DNA of 64,000 nt. Source: Patescibacteria group bacterium (lineage in GTDB: Bacteria > Patescibacteriota > Microgenomatia > UBA1400 > PJMF01). Positions within the stretch are counted from its first letter, which is position 1, and each line of letters opens with the position of its first letter. The notes under the pieces are model-generated. The model searched no databases, was not told the origin of the DNA, and worked only from the letters and a program-made list of their open reading frames with translations. Both the position numbers and the translations under genes were made by a program. The stretch covers positions 632 through 64,631 of the forward strand of contig JBDTME010000004.1 in the NCBI GenBank assembly GCA_039934415.1, in the 5' to 3' direction. This document shows, piece by piece, positions 47,813 through 56,844 of the stretch.

Positions 47813-48663
47813 CCAAATCTACCGTCAATATAGTCCCTGGTTTCCGCTGCTTCAGGGTAATTAAAAAGTTTATCTGTTTCGTTACACTCTACCATTACAC
47901 CCCATCTTTTTTCAGCTCCGTGAATTTCTTCCTCTTTGCGAATACTGTAGAAGGTAGTGTAGTCACTCACTCGTTGAGCTTGTTGCATATTATGGGTAAC
48001 AATGACGATGGTGTAATCTTTTAGTTCTTCTTTCATTAAATTTTCGATGCGTTGAGTTGATATAGGATCAAGGGCTGAACAGGGCTCATCCATCAGGATG
48101 ACCTCGGGTTCTACTGCAATAGTGCGCGCTATACACAGCCGTTGTTGCTGACCTCCAGAAAGGGCAAGTCCAGATTTTTTTAAATCAGTTTTCACCTCAT
48201 CCCAAAGTGCCGCGCTACGTAAACTTCTTTCAATAATCTCATCCAGGATTTTCCAATTATTGATTCCAAGTAACCGTGGTCCATATGCCACATTGTCATA
48301 AATACTTTTTGGGAAAGGATTTGGTTTTTGAAATACCATGCCTACTCGTCGACGAACTTCAACTGGATCGACATTTGGAGCATATAGATTTTGGCCGTTA
48401 TAGACGGTACTCCCTTCTACTCGAGCTCCTGGAATAAGATCATTCATTCGATTTAGACAACGAAGCATTGTACTTTTTCCGCAACCAGATGGACCAATGA
48501 AAGCGGTTACTTTTCCTTTGAATAAGGGAAGTGAAACCTTTTCTACAGCGAGTCTTGAATCGTAATATACGGACACATCTGTGAGTTGGAAAGCTACCTG
48601 AGGTGAAGGTTCTTGATCGATATGTTTACCTTCAGTATTAGGTTGTGGTCGTTCTCCAGCCAT
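47809..48663 (-). CDS. pstB: phosphate ABC transporter ATP-binding protein PstB (orphan; no pstSCA in the window)
   Basis: Walker [10 protein letters not shown], signature [13 protein letters not shown], Walker B ILMDEP, and the PstB-type N-terminus. Confidence 0.85.
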   Translation of the reverse strand: MAGERPQPNTEGKHIDQEPSPQVAFQLTDVSVYYDSRLAVEKVSLPLFKGKVTAFIGPSGCGKSTMLRCLNRMNDLIPGARVEGSTVYNGQNLYAPNVDPVEVRRRVGMVFQKPNPFPKSIYDNVAYGPRLLGINNWKILDEIIERSLRSAALWDEVKTDLKKSGLALSGGQQQRLCIARTIAVEPEVILMDEPCSALDPISTQRIENLMKEELKDYTIVIVTHNMQQAQRVSDYTTFYSIRKEEEIHGAEKRWGVMVECNETDKLFNYPEAAETRDYIDGRFG

Positions 48664-48775
48664 AGGAAATCCATTTTGTTATAATTAACTCAGAAGTATA
48701 CAAAATATTTTAAAAGAGTGTTGAGTGTATTGAAGAGAAAAAGGGAGTAGTTTTAGTATTTTTCTATTTAGATGG

Positions 48776-49174
48776 TCATTCGTTTTGAGCCCAATTCCAA
48801 TTTGCAACAATGCTTCGAGCTAATTGTATTGCTTCATCTGTTGACATATCTGTCGTGAACTGTGATTCAATACTTCCCCACCCAACTTGTTGAGCAGCAA
48901 TTTGACGCATTATTTTATAATCAATGAAAACAGATCCTTCAGTGCCGGAGTAATAAACATTTTGATCCTTCAGGTTCTTCACTATTGCTTCTTTTCTACT
49001 CACATATTTATCAGTATCTGCCGCTATTGGCAGATCAAAATCTCTTGCTCTCACACACAACATTGTCACAATTTGTTCTAATAGTCTAATCGCGAACAAC
49101 TCAACATTATCTTCATTCCCCACTACTTTATGTGGAGGCATCCAACCCTCAGGTATTTCAAATTCTATGCTCAT
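48776..49174 (-). CDS. hypothetical protein (132 aa)
   Basis: ORF with no motif. Confidence 0.4.
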   Translation of the reverse strand: MSIEFEIPEGWMPPHKVVGNEDNVELFAIRLLEQIVTMLCVRARDFDLPIAADTDKYVSRKEAIVKNLKDQNVYYSGTEGSVFIDYKIMRQIAAQQVGWGSIESQFTTDMSTDEAIQLARSIVANWNWAQNE

Positions 49175-49182
49175 ATTAAAAA

Positions 49183-49404
49183 TTATTGCTGAGTGTTCTC
49201 GTCATTTTTGTATTCCAAAATGTCTCCAGGTTGACAACCTAAGGTTTTACAAATCGCTTCTAAAGTTGAAAAGCGTATAGCTCTTGCCTTGCTATTTTTC
49301 AAGATTGAGAGATTAGCCATAGTAATACCAACCTTTTCTGAAAGCTCAGTAACACTCATCTTTCGCTTGGCTAGCATCACGTCGATATTTATTATTATTG
49401 CCAT
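49183..49404 (-). CDS. XRE-family HTH transcriptional regulator (YozG-like)
   Basis: MSVTELSEKVGITMANLSILKNSKARAIRFSTLEAICKTLGC is a Cro/C1-type HTH. Confidence 0.75.
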   Translation of the reverse strand: MAIIINIDVMLAKRKMSVTELSEKVGITMANLSILKNSKARAIRFSTLEAICKTLGCQPGDILEYKNDENTQQ

Positions 49405-49413
49405 AAATTCACC

Positions 49414-49890
49414 TTAAACTGTTAAATCATTTTCTGATTTTATGTCAACAGCATTTTGAAAAAGCTTTTGAAATACACCTGCGGCGGTAGCAATCACACC
49501 GAATGCTAATGATAAATAAATGCCAAGTGCTGTTGGACCTGCTGGATCATCACCATGCGCAAAGAAACGGAGGAAGAAAATTGCTAACACAATAAAAGCG
49601 ATAATACTAAGTGAAGCATATTTCATATTCTTGAGTGTATTAACAGCACCCTGGGAAAACGCTTTATTAGCATCAATGAAATTCAACAATTTGAATGCTT
49701 GGTATAACCCCACAAAAAATGGGATTGAAGCTATGTAAATATAGAGAATAAACGGATCTGTATAAATACTAATGAGGTTTAAGTTAACTGCTCTTCCTTC
49801 AGTTTGAGGAAACCAAAGCATACCGGTAAGCACACCGATTGCGATGAGACAAAGTATGGCTTTTAAGAATAGCGTTGAACTTCTTTTCAT
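49414..49890 (-). CDS. DUF2975-like membrane protein (partner of the small XRE regulator)
   Basis: 4-TM protein immediately upstream of, and co-oriented with, the XRE gene; this is a conserved two-gene module. Confidence 0.55.
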   Translation of the reverse strand: MKRSSTLFLKAILCLIAIGVLTGMLWFPQTEGRAVNLNLISIYTDPFILYIYIASIPFFVGLYQAFKLLNFIDANKAFSQGAVNTLKNMKYASLSIIAFIVLAIFFLRFFAHGDDPAGPTALGIYLSLAFGVIATAAGVFQKLFQNAVDIKSENDLTV

Positions 49891-50095
49891 AATGAATACC
49901 TCACTTTAGATGGTTATATTGTGACAGATAATTTATCGATTGTCAATATATTATTATCGTTATTTTGAGTTTCATCTTAACTGCGACTATAACCCAAAAT
50001 AAGATATTCGGGTTCATCAACAGGTGTATCTACTGGATATTTATCGAGGTTTATTATCTTTTTCAACATTGCTCATAGTATATAAAAATTAGCTT

Positions 50096-50195
50096 TATAT
50101 TGATATACTTGAGCTACCGAATGATCTCTGTGATGAACGCACCTTTTGAGAGAACTGATGGCACGTTGTGATCCGTCTTAGCTACAGAGATCGCC
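50096..50195 (+). repeat. repeat family A copy 1 (about 100 nt, closed by GATCTCTGTG...ACAGAGATC inverted repeat)
   Basis: TTGATATACTTGAGCTACCGAATGATCTCTGTGATGAACGCACCTT...CGTCTTAGCTACAGAGATCG; the second copy is at 53364-53470. Confidence 0.6.
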
Positions 50196-50344
50196 TTTTT
50201 AAATATGCAAAAACTAAAGATAAAAATCGAAAATTGTTATGGAGTTAAAAAACTTGAACATGAATTTGATTTTACTGGTTTTAGAACTGCTGTAATTTAC
50301 GCCCCTAATGGAGTAATGAAAACCTCGAAGTACACTAATTAAAT

Positions 50345-51472
50345 ATGTCAGAACAAAGTCAACACTCAGAACCTAAAAAGATGAATCGTCGGGAATTTTT
50401 GCGTTTAGCAGTGAAGACCGGTGTAAGCCTTGTCGGTGGTGCTGTGCTGTCTGATCTCACTTTGAGAGGAAACCCAAGGGCTTCATCCAATGAGGAGGAT
50501 TCGAAACTACAAGAGTCAGAGCTAACTACTAGAATTCAAGAGCTGATTACAGACATAAAAAAAATGTCTTTGACAGAACTGGAACAACAAATCTTTAATG
50601 AATGCCCTGTTATTCCTCATTTGGCACAAGTGAAAGAGCACTTGCAGCAGATCACAGACATCCCTAAAGGAAGCATACTTTTAAAAGCTGGGACATCTGT
50701 GGCATGGAACATGCTTCAAAGCATTTACGGAACAGACGTCAATCCAGATCAAATCAATTTTGGCGCTGAACAAGAAAAACTCCGACTTGTTTTAGAATAT
50801 TTTCAGTTACCTTCGTGGGCATTGGAGCAGGCTTCACTTCTGGGTGAAGACATTGACCAGCTGCTGCATGATCCTCTATTTTGTAGCAAGAAACCTCGAG
50901 ATGTTGTGACTTCTCCGTACTCGATGCCGTGTCCGCCCAACCTGTCAGTCATTGACGCTTATATTGATTATTTTCATTCCAAAGTCGCGATTAATTTTGT
51001 TGGGACCAACTTGATGCACAATGAGGTTTCTTTAGAAGAGTTTGCAATGAAGTTGAAAGACCTCATACAACATTATTTATCTAAGAATGTAATTCCTATC
51101 CTCACAACTTTGCCTCATCCTCCAAATGACAATAGTGAGGTGTATAGAGAATGGTATGGAGAATCAAAGGAGACAATATTTTTGCCGGAGAATGCGTTGA
51201 GATACAATCTGCTGATCGTAAAACTGGCAGAGCTTTATCAAGTTCCCCTGATCAATTTGGAAAGAGGGGTTGTTGAATTAGCCGAGCATGATGGTACTGT
51301 CTTCCTTAGTTCAATGACAACGCAAATAGATCCAATCCACTTCTCGCATACTCCTGAAAAACACCCTTTAAGAAAACCTGAAGCTGATAAGAAATTTCAA
51401 ACAGGTGAAGAAGCAGTGAGTTATTTTACCGTTCTCACTCTCTATGAATTACTGAAAGTGATGGGAAAGTAA
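50345..51472 (+). CDS. Tat-signal secreted SGNH/GDSL-like hydrolase (paralog 1)
   Basis: Twin-arginine motif NRREFLRLAVKTG; blocks GTS (KAGTSVAW), GTNL (FVGTNLMHN) and DxxH (IDPIHFS); C-terminus YFTVLTLYELLKVMGK shared with the paralog at 58519. Confidence 0.5.
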   Translation: MSEQSQHSEPKKMNRREFLRLAVKTGVSLVGGAVLSDLTLRGNPRASSNEEDSKLQESELTTRIQELITDIKKMSLTELEQQIFNECPVIPHLAQVKEHLQQITDIPKGSILLKAGTSVAWNMLQSIYGTDVNPDQINFGAEQEKLRLVLEYFQLPSWALEQASLLGEDIDQLLHDPLFCSKKPRDVVTSPYSMPCPPNLSVIDAYIDYFHSKVAINFVGTNLMHNEVSLEEFAMKLKDLIQHYLSKNVIPILTTLPHPPNDNSEVYREWYGESKETIFLPENALRYNLLIVKLAELYQVPLINLERGVVELAEHDGTVFLSSMTTQIDPIHFSHTPEKHPLRKPEADKKFQTGEEAVSYFTVLTLYELLKVMGK

Positions 51473-51624
51473 TACTCCTCCATTTATTACATCTTAGGGG
51501 TCCGACTCCGGTTGCCGGTATAATTTTTTTCCAGGTTAACTCAAAAATCGCAGAAATTGTGGCTCGAACTTGGGGAGAACTTGATTTATTGAGGAAATTT
51601 AAGAAAAAGACAAAAACAATTACC

Positions 51625-51736
51625 GTATGGAGCTGGTGACCGTAATTGGCTCGAACCTAAGTGAATTAGTTACTCCAGGTTTAATTTTACAACTTAATGC
51701 TCTAAAGAGCCATATAAGTGTCAAAAGTTTTAAAGT
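51625..51736 (+). repeat. repeat family B copy 1 (about 110 nt), preceded by a partial copy at about 51545-51590
   Basis: GGAGCTGGTGACCGTAATTGGCTCGAACCTAAG...ACAACTTAATGCTCTAAAGAGCCATATAAGTGTCAAAAGTTTTAAAG; further copies at 52396-52510 and 54224-54335. Confidence 0.6.
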
Positions 51737-52377
51737 ACGACTAACTCCTCCACAGTAATATTCTTGAACGACTTGATAATCTTATTTGCTATGTCTAATT
51801 CCTTAACAGTATGAGTCGTAGTAATTCCAACTACTTTCATCCCCGCTGCTTGAGCGGATTTGATTCCAGAGAGGGAATCTTCAAAGGCCACGCAATCTTT
51901 TGGGTCTATTGAGATTCTTTTTGCAGCTAAGAGGTAAATTTCAGGATCTGGCTTACCTTTAGAAATTTCTTCGGCAGTAACTATTTGCTTGAAAAATTCT
52001 CGTACATTTAAACCATCCAAAATAAAGTCTGTGTAGGGTTTTCGAGCACTTGTAGCTATAGCTAAAGGAATATTTTTAGCTTGAAGTTCCTGAAGAAATT
52101 GCAGCAAGCCTTCAGTCAATGCAAGTTTTGGTTTAAATATAGAGATGGCGATCTTCACTCTCTCTGAGGAATATTGTTGTAATTCTATACGAGAAAGTTG
52201 TTTGTGAAATAAATAGGTAAATGTATCTGCTTCTGTTCTACCAAAAACCTTATGTTTAAAATCATCTTCTGTTAAATGAAACCCATACTTTTGACACAAT
52301 TGTCTCCAAGATTCTTGGTGAATTCGTTCATCGTCAACGATGACTCCGTTCATGTCAAAAACAACTGCTTTAAACAT
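51730..52377 (-). CDS. HAD-superfamily hydrolase (beta-phosphoglucomutase-like subfamily IA)
   Basis: Motif I VVFDMNGVIVDD; motif III/IV region GMKVVGITT. Confidence 0.7.
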   Translation of the reverse strand: MFKAVVFDMNGVIVDDERIHQESWRQLCQKYGFHLTEDDFKHKVFGRTEADTFTYLFHKQLSRIELQQYSSERVKIAISIFKPKLALTEGLLQFLQELQAKNIPLAIATSARKPYTDFILDGLNVREFFKQIVTAEEISKGKPDPEIYLLAAKRISIDPKDCVAFEDSLSGIKSAQAAGMKVVGITTTHTVKELDIANKIIKSFKNITVEELVVL

Positions 52378-52395
52378 ACGTATTAGTATAACTTT

Positions 52396-52510
52396 ATGAG
52401 CTGGTGACCGTACTTTGCTCGAACCTATCTAAATATATCACTCCAGAGTTAACGCTTCAATTAAGTATCCTGAAAAAACATTTAGGCATCAAGAGTTTCA
52501 AAAATATCAA
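52396..52510 (+). repeat. repeat family B copy 2
   Basis: GAGCTGGTGACCGTACTTTGCTCGAACCTATC...CAAGAGTTTCAAAAATATCAAG. Confidence 0.55.
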
Positions 52511-52516
52511 GTAAAC

Positions 52517-53344
52517 TTATTTACCTTTGACTAATTTTAATGTTCTAGCGTTTTTTGCACTAACTACTTTTCTACTTGTTTTCGATTCAATTTCTTTTCT
52601 TGCATTCCCGGCAACAGTTCCACCTTCTCTAGCAACTTTTTTACTTTGATTAAACCCTTTTGGTTGACGTTTTTGTGATATTTCGGTTGTCGCTGTTTCT
52701 GCCAACATATTGAGTACCAATTCAAGATTGGTCATGTTATCTCTAAGATTCTCTTTCTTCAAACCTTTGAGGTTTTTGTATTGTTTTGTCGTTAATCCGG
52801 CCCATGCTTGGCTAATTTCATTTGTTAAAATTGCAAACTCTAATCCTTTTTTCACTCCACGGTTTTCCCATTCATCAGTTAATGCTTTTCGTACTTCGAT
52901 ACTTTTTAAACGCTGATTAACCCAATCTTGACTATATCCTTTCTCAAAGTAGGTCTTCAATGCCCTATTTATCGCCAACTCAGGATCAGCAGTTTCTTCC
53001 AACCTCTCATACCCCACACGTGCTAACCAGAGTTTAAACGGTTCAGCATTGGGAGAAGGAACACTTTGGATGATACGCAACATTACTTCTGTATCGGCTG
53101 CGTCTGTTAGATAATATTTCCCATCATTGGATTGCATTTTGAGTTGGTGACACCTTGTCACCGACTCACTTCCTTCTTTTCGTAATCTTTCAGCTAGTTT
53201 GTTCCAATATTTTCTTGGATTCTTGCTACCTGACAGTATGGCAATTACGTCCACTACAGAAAAATACCATTTTTCTTCTTTTTTGTTCCAAAGACGACGG
53301 ATATTTTTTCCTTCAAAAATAGCAATTTTAGTAGAAGTCGACAT
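52517..53344 (-). CDS. dinD: DinD-like DNA-damage-inducible protein with N-terminal Bro-N domain
   Basis: Bro-N: KIAIFEGKNIRRLWNKKEEKWYFSVVDVIAIL. The C-terminal region (KQYKNLKGLKKENLRDNMTNLELVLNMLAETATTEI...) resembles E. coli DinD. Confidence 0.6.
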   Translation of the reverse strand: MSTSTKIAIFEGKNIRRLWNKKEEKWYFSVVDVIAILSGSKNPRKYWNKLAERLRKEGSESVTRCHQLKMQSNDGKYYLTDAADTEVMLRIIQSVPSPNAEPFKLWLARVGYERLEETADPELAINRALKTYFEKGYSQDWVNQRLKSIEVRKALTDEWENRGVKKGLEFAILTNEISQAWAGLTTKQYKNLKGLKKENLRDNMTNLELVLNMLAETATTEISQKRQPKGFNQSKKVAREGGTVAGNARKEIESKTSRKVVSAKNARTLKLVKGK

Positions 53345-53363
53345 ATTCCGATTCTAACAGATT

Positions 53364-53470
53364 TTGATATACTTAGATTACCGAATGATCTCTGTGGTGA
53401 AAGTACCTTATCATTAGGGAGCGAATGTCGACAGTAATGGATTACTGATTCGTCTCGGCTGCAGAGATCG
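53364..53470 (+). repeat. repeat family A copy 2
   Basis: TTGATATACTTAGATTACCGAATGATCTCTGTGGTGAAAGTACCTT...CGTCTCGGCTGCAGAGATCG; ends 11 nt before ATG 53482. Confidence 0.6.
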
Positions 53471-53481
53471 AAATTAATTCT

Positions 53482-54105
53482 ATGGCAGCACCTGCAACAC
53501 ATATTATTCTAGCTGATAAAATTTTTGAGAAATATTTTCAAAATACAACCAAGTCTGATTTTTACATAGGAACTAGTTTTCCTGATATTCGGTATCTTGG
53601 AGTTATTGATCGTGAAAAGACACATTTTATCGATTTAAGTATCCAAGCACTTATTTCATTGCCTCCCTTTGAAGCAGGCTTAAAATTCCATTCACTCGTT
53701 GACAAAGTGAGGGAAAAATTCATGAGATCGCAGAATGTTTATTCATTGGTCCCTGAGTCTCCATTTATCACACAAGCACTGAAGTTCTTTGAAGATGAGG
53801 TTTTATACGAGAAACGTAATAACTGGAACGAAATAGCTTCTTACTTTGGAAAAGTTACAAATGAAGAATCGTGCTTTGGCATAAAAACTGCTGATATAGA
53901 GAAGTGGCATAAATTCTTGCAAACATATTTCACGACTAAACCCCATAATCAAAATATTCGTGAGTTCGTAGCAGCTATAAACAAACCAAAAGAGATGGCT
54001 AAGGAGATAATACGACTTACTGAGATAATGGAAGACAACATACAGTTAAAAAGAATTGTTCTTGATTTCTATAACCATTTTGGAGATCTTTTAACAGACC
54101 TTTAG
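53482..54105 (+). CDS. hypothetical protein, possible zinc-dependent phospholipase C / P1-nuclease fold
   Basis: N-terminus AAPATHIILADKIF (cf. W-x3-T-H), GTSFPDIRY (cf. PLC TYPDYD) and FHSLVDKV His/Asp cluster; no signal peptide. Confidence 0.35.
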   Translation: MAAPATHIILADKIFEKYFQNTTKSDFYIGTSFPDIRYLGVIDREKTHFIDLSIQALISLPPFEAGLKFHSLVDKVREKFMRSQNVYSLVPESPFITQALKFFEDEVLYEKRNNWNEIASYFGKVTNEESCFGIKTADIEKWHKFLQTYFTTKPHNQNIREFVAAINKPKEMAKEIIRLTEIMEDNIQLKRIVLDFYNHFGDLLTDL

Positions 54106-54223
54106 GTTCAATTCCCGTTACTGGTAAAATTTTTCTTTTCTCTTGGCTAAAATTTGTTGGCTCGAACTCGTTTTTAGATTGATCTCTCGTTATAATTCGT
54201 TGTTTTTCAAATTTTAGTACCGT

Positions 54224-54335
54224 TTGGAGCTGGTAACGGTACTTTGCTCGAACCTACACCGTCTTGTAACTCCTGATATGATTTTACAACTTCAAGCATT
54301 AAAAGACCATCTAGGCCTCAAAAGTTTTAAGAATA
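54224..54335 (+). repeat. repeat family B copy 3 (preceded by a partial copy at about 54150-54200)
   Basis: GGAGCTGGTAACGGTACTTTGCTCGAACCTACACC...ACAACTTCAAGCATTAAAAGACCATCTAGGCCTCAAAAGTTTTAAG. Confidence 0.6.
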
Positions 54336-54521
54336 TGAAATAATTTTTGTCAGATATTCCGCGAAAATTGGTGAGATGGTTTTGTTTACCTTTTTGTTTG
54401 GATGGCTGTCCCAAAGCAACAATGGAGTTTCGGTCTTGATTCGGCTATACTTTATCAGCTTTGAAAGATTACTGGTTTTTTGTATTTATAAGTAATCTCA
54501 ATCTATGGTAGGAAAATCACT

Positions 54522-55787
54522 ATGAGAGGCATCGAAAACGGAGGTTTTTATTTAGAAAATCCTGAAAGTGACAAAGATAAAGAATATTACAATAGACTAA
54601 AACAATTAGTGGATCAAGGCAGAGTTCTTGTGAAGTTGATTATAGGTCCCACCCGTAGTGCATCAACACTAATGGAAGAGTGCCTATCAAAAAGCCCAGA
54701 CATCGATTATAAATGTCACGAACCACTTCTTGCGTACAACGCTGATGGTCCTATCATCAACCCTTCAGGCTATCAGCTCATATACGAAAGGATTGGTGGA
54801 GAAATTTTTGAAAAATCAGGGCAACAAGCCACTATCCTTATCAAGGATATTACTTACTGGCTTTATAACTCTGGGGAATACAAAAAATTATTTGATTTAG
54901 CTCAAGACCCTATTCTTTTTCTTATACGAAACCCATTTATTACGATGGAATCTCGCATGAGAAAAGTTGCAGAGAGTCTCCCTTCAAATCTAGATCAGCT
55001 AACCAAACGAGCCATACTATCGTTATGTGGCCATGAAGGCGATGAAGGACTGAGTGATGAGGGAGTATTTGCGTTATATGCCAACATGCAAGGATTTTTA
55101 AGTTGGGAAGAATTATTAGCTCATTCGTTTGCGAATCATGACTACCACTCTATTGGAAAAGTTCTAGAAGTGAGTGAGTCATGGTTCAACGTAGACGCTT
55201 GGGGCTCTAATTCATTAGAGGGACAAATAGCATATTTGGAGGGGTTAAGGAGAAGTGTTATTTTGATTGATAGTACCACATTTCGTTTGAATGCTCAGGC
55301 AGCTGCACAAGCAATCTGCAGCCAATGGGCTATAGAATATCAGGATGAAATGATTTACTGGGGAAAAGGAAATCTGAAGCTTGATGAACGCGCAGATTCG
55401 ATTTGGTTCACGAGAATAGCATCAAGTAGTGGAGTTGAACCTCCTACTGAAATTCCTTTGCTTCTTGCCGAGTTACCTGAGTTTATTCAAAAGCAATTGC
55501 TACAAAAAGACCTTCCAGCCTATGCTCGGTTAATGAGGCATCCTGCAATGATAGCAAATCATAGTATAGGCGATATTACCTTTGAAATGCCATTAAATGA
55601 TCAAAATCTTAGTAGATTACTTGAATTAGGAATTATTAATGAATCAGATCCTCAGCCGAGAGTGACAATCCAAGATGTTGATCCCATTTTCGCAGTTTGT
55701 AAAAATCCCCAACTACTCAATGACGCCTCTTATTTGAATAGAAAGAGGGCTTACCAAGATATTTTTAATATCATTAGAGAATCTTGA
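54522..55787 (+). CDS. sulfotransferase-fold protein (putative PAPS-dependent)
   Basis: 5'-PSB-like IIGPTRSASTLM and 3'-PB-like LIRNPFITMESRMRK. Confidence 0.4.
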   Translation: MRGIENGGFYLENPESDKDKEYYNRLKQLVDQGRVLVKLIIGPTRSASTLMEECLSKSPDIDYKCHEPLLAYNADGPIINPSGYQLIYERIGGEIFEKSGQQATILIKDITYWLYNSGEYKKLFDLAQDPILFLIRNPFITMESRMRKVAESLPSNLDQLTKRAILSLCGHEGDEGLSDEGVFALYANMQGFLSWEELLAHSFANHDYHSIGKVLEVSESWFNVDAWGSNSLEGQIAYLEGLRRSVILIDSTTFRLNAQAAAQAICSQWAIEYQDEMIYWGKGNLKLDERADSIWFTRIASSSGVEPPTEIPLLLAELPEFIQKQLLQKDLPAYARLMRHPAMIANHSIGDITFEMPLNDQNLSRLLELGIINESDPQPRVTIQDVDPIFAVCKNPQLLNDASYLNRKRAYQDIFNIIRES

Positions 55788-55796
55788 TTTAGGATA

Positions 55797-56774
55797 TTAC
55801 TCACTCTGTCCAATGACATGAGATGCATGACGAAGCGCATCGTTAAATTCCCGTGGGTTTCTTAGAACTACATTAGCAGTTAATAAGAATTCCGTTGCAT
55901 CTGAAGTTGTATCCAAGTTGCCCTCAATGCCAATAACTACACCATTCCTTATGCTAGTAACCCTTGATAAGGGAGCATCGCCAAAACCATCAGCTGCAAA
56001 AGCCCACGTACCTTCAATGTGCTGTGCAGCTATTCCTTTGTCTATTAAGTTACCATCTAGTTTTCCTTTGATACCAATAATAGCTAGATTACCGTTTTCT
56101 TCATTTGGTTGCATTCGAAACGTATTAACTGCAACGTCTCTATCGTAGTTGAGTCCAAATTCGATTGCTAGTTGATGAAATATCGGTTCGAATTTTCCCA
56201 TCACTATTTTCCTGTCCTGGGAAGGATCTCCATCATAATGGAACCAGAATGAGGACCTACACTCTCCTTGCCATTGAAAATTACCTGGAGCAAAAGTGAA
56301 TTGACCTACCTTAGCTGCTGACTGAACAAGATGCCATTCTGGGAGGAATTCAGGATGGCTTTGTAAGGTGGCTTTTATAGCATCCATATATGCTCTATGA
56401 TTTGGATGTCCCAAGTATTCAATTTGGCCATTTTGAATAATTGTTTGGCCCTCTTCTAAAATAGCAGGACCAGAAAGTTTCAATTCTTGTTCTCGTAGAT
56501 AATTAACAACATGTATTCCTCTTCCTGTAGCGGGACCAATCGATACGCCCTGAGCTTCAAGCAATCTAAGTGTCACCAGAATTTCAGGGGTAGTTAATTC
56601 TGGCACGTGGAGACTATCGGCTCTAAAAATGACCCCATCCATGTCTAAAAGGAGTTTAGGATTTGGTTGAGATAGTAAATGTTCAGCAAGTAAATTACCA
56701 GCTGTTTCAATAATCCTCTGTCTCTCTTTAGATTCATCTCCTTCTGGAGAATAGGGTGATGGTCTTTCCTTCAT
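55797..56774 (-). CDS. HAD-like phosphatase domain protein
   Basis: Motif I LLLDMDGVIF; the C-terminal domain is not assigned. Confidence 0.5.
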   Translation of the reverse strand: MKERPSPYSPEGDESKERQRIIETAGNLLAEHLLSQPNPKLLLDMDGVIFRADSLHVPELTTPEILVTLRLLEAQGVSIGPATGRGIHVVNYLREQELKLSGPAILEEGQTIIQNGQIEYLGHPNHRAYMDAIKATLQSHPEFLPEWHLVQSAAKVGQFTFAPGNFQWQGECRSSFWFHYDGDPSQDRKIVMGKFEPIFHQLAIEFGLNYDRDVAVNTFRMQPNEENGNLAIIGIKGKLDGNLIDKGIAAQHIEGTWAFAADGFGDAPLSRVTSIRNGVVIGIEGNLDTTSDATEFLLTANVVLRNPREFNDALRHASHVIGQSE

Positions 56775-56844
56775 AAAAATGTGTTAACTTAAATTGTATT
56801 TATTATAATTGACACCTACTATACTATAGTGTCATAACAAAACT

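Noticed and set aside
50096-50195. Assignment of repeat A to a known riboswitch class (fluoride, c-di-GMP, TPP and others)
   Set aside because: No match to consensus motifs recalled from memory, so it is left unclassified.
51545-54335. CRISPR array
   Set aside because: The repeats are about 110 nt, only 3-5 copies, spaced 0.7-1.8 kb apart and separated by genes, so this is not a CRISPR architecture. There are no cas genes.
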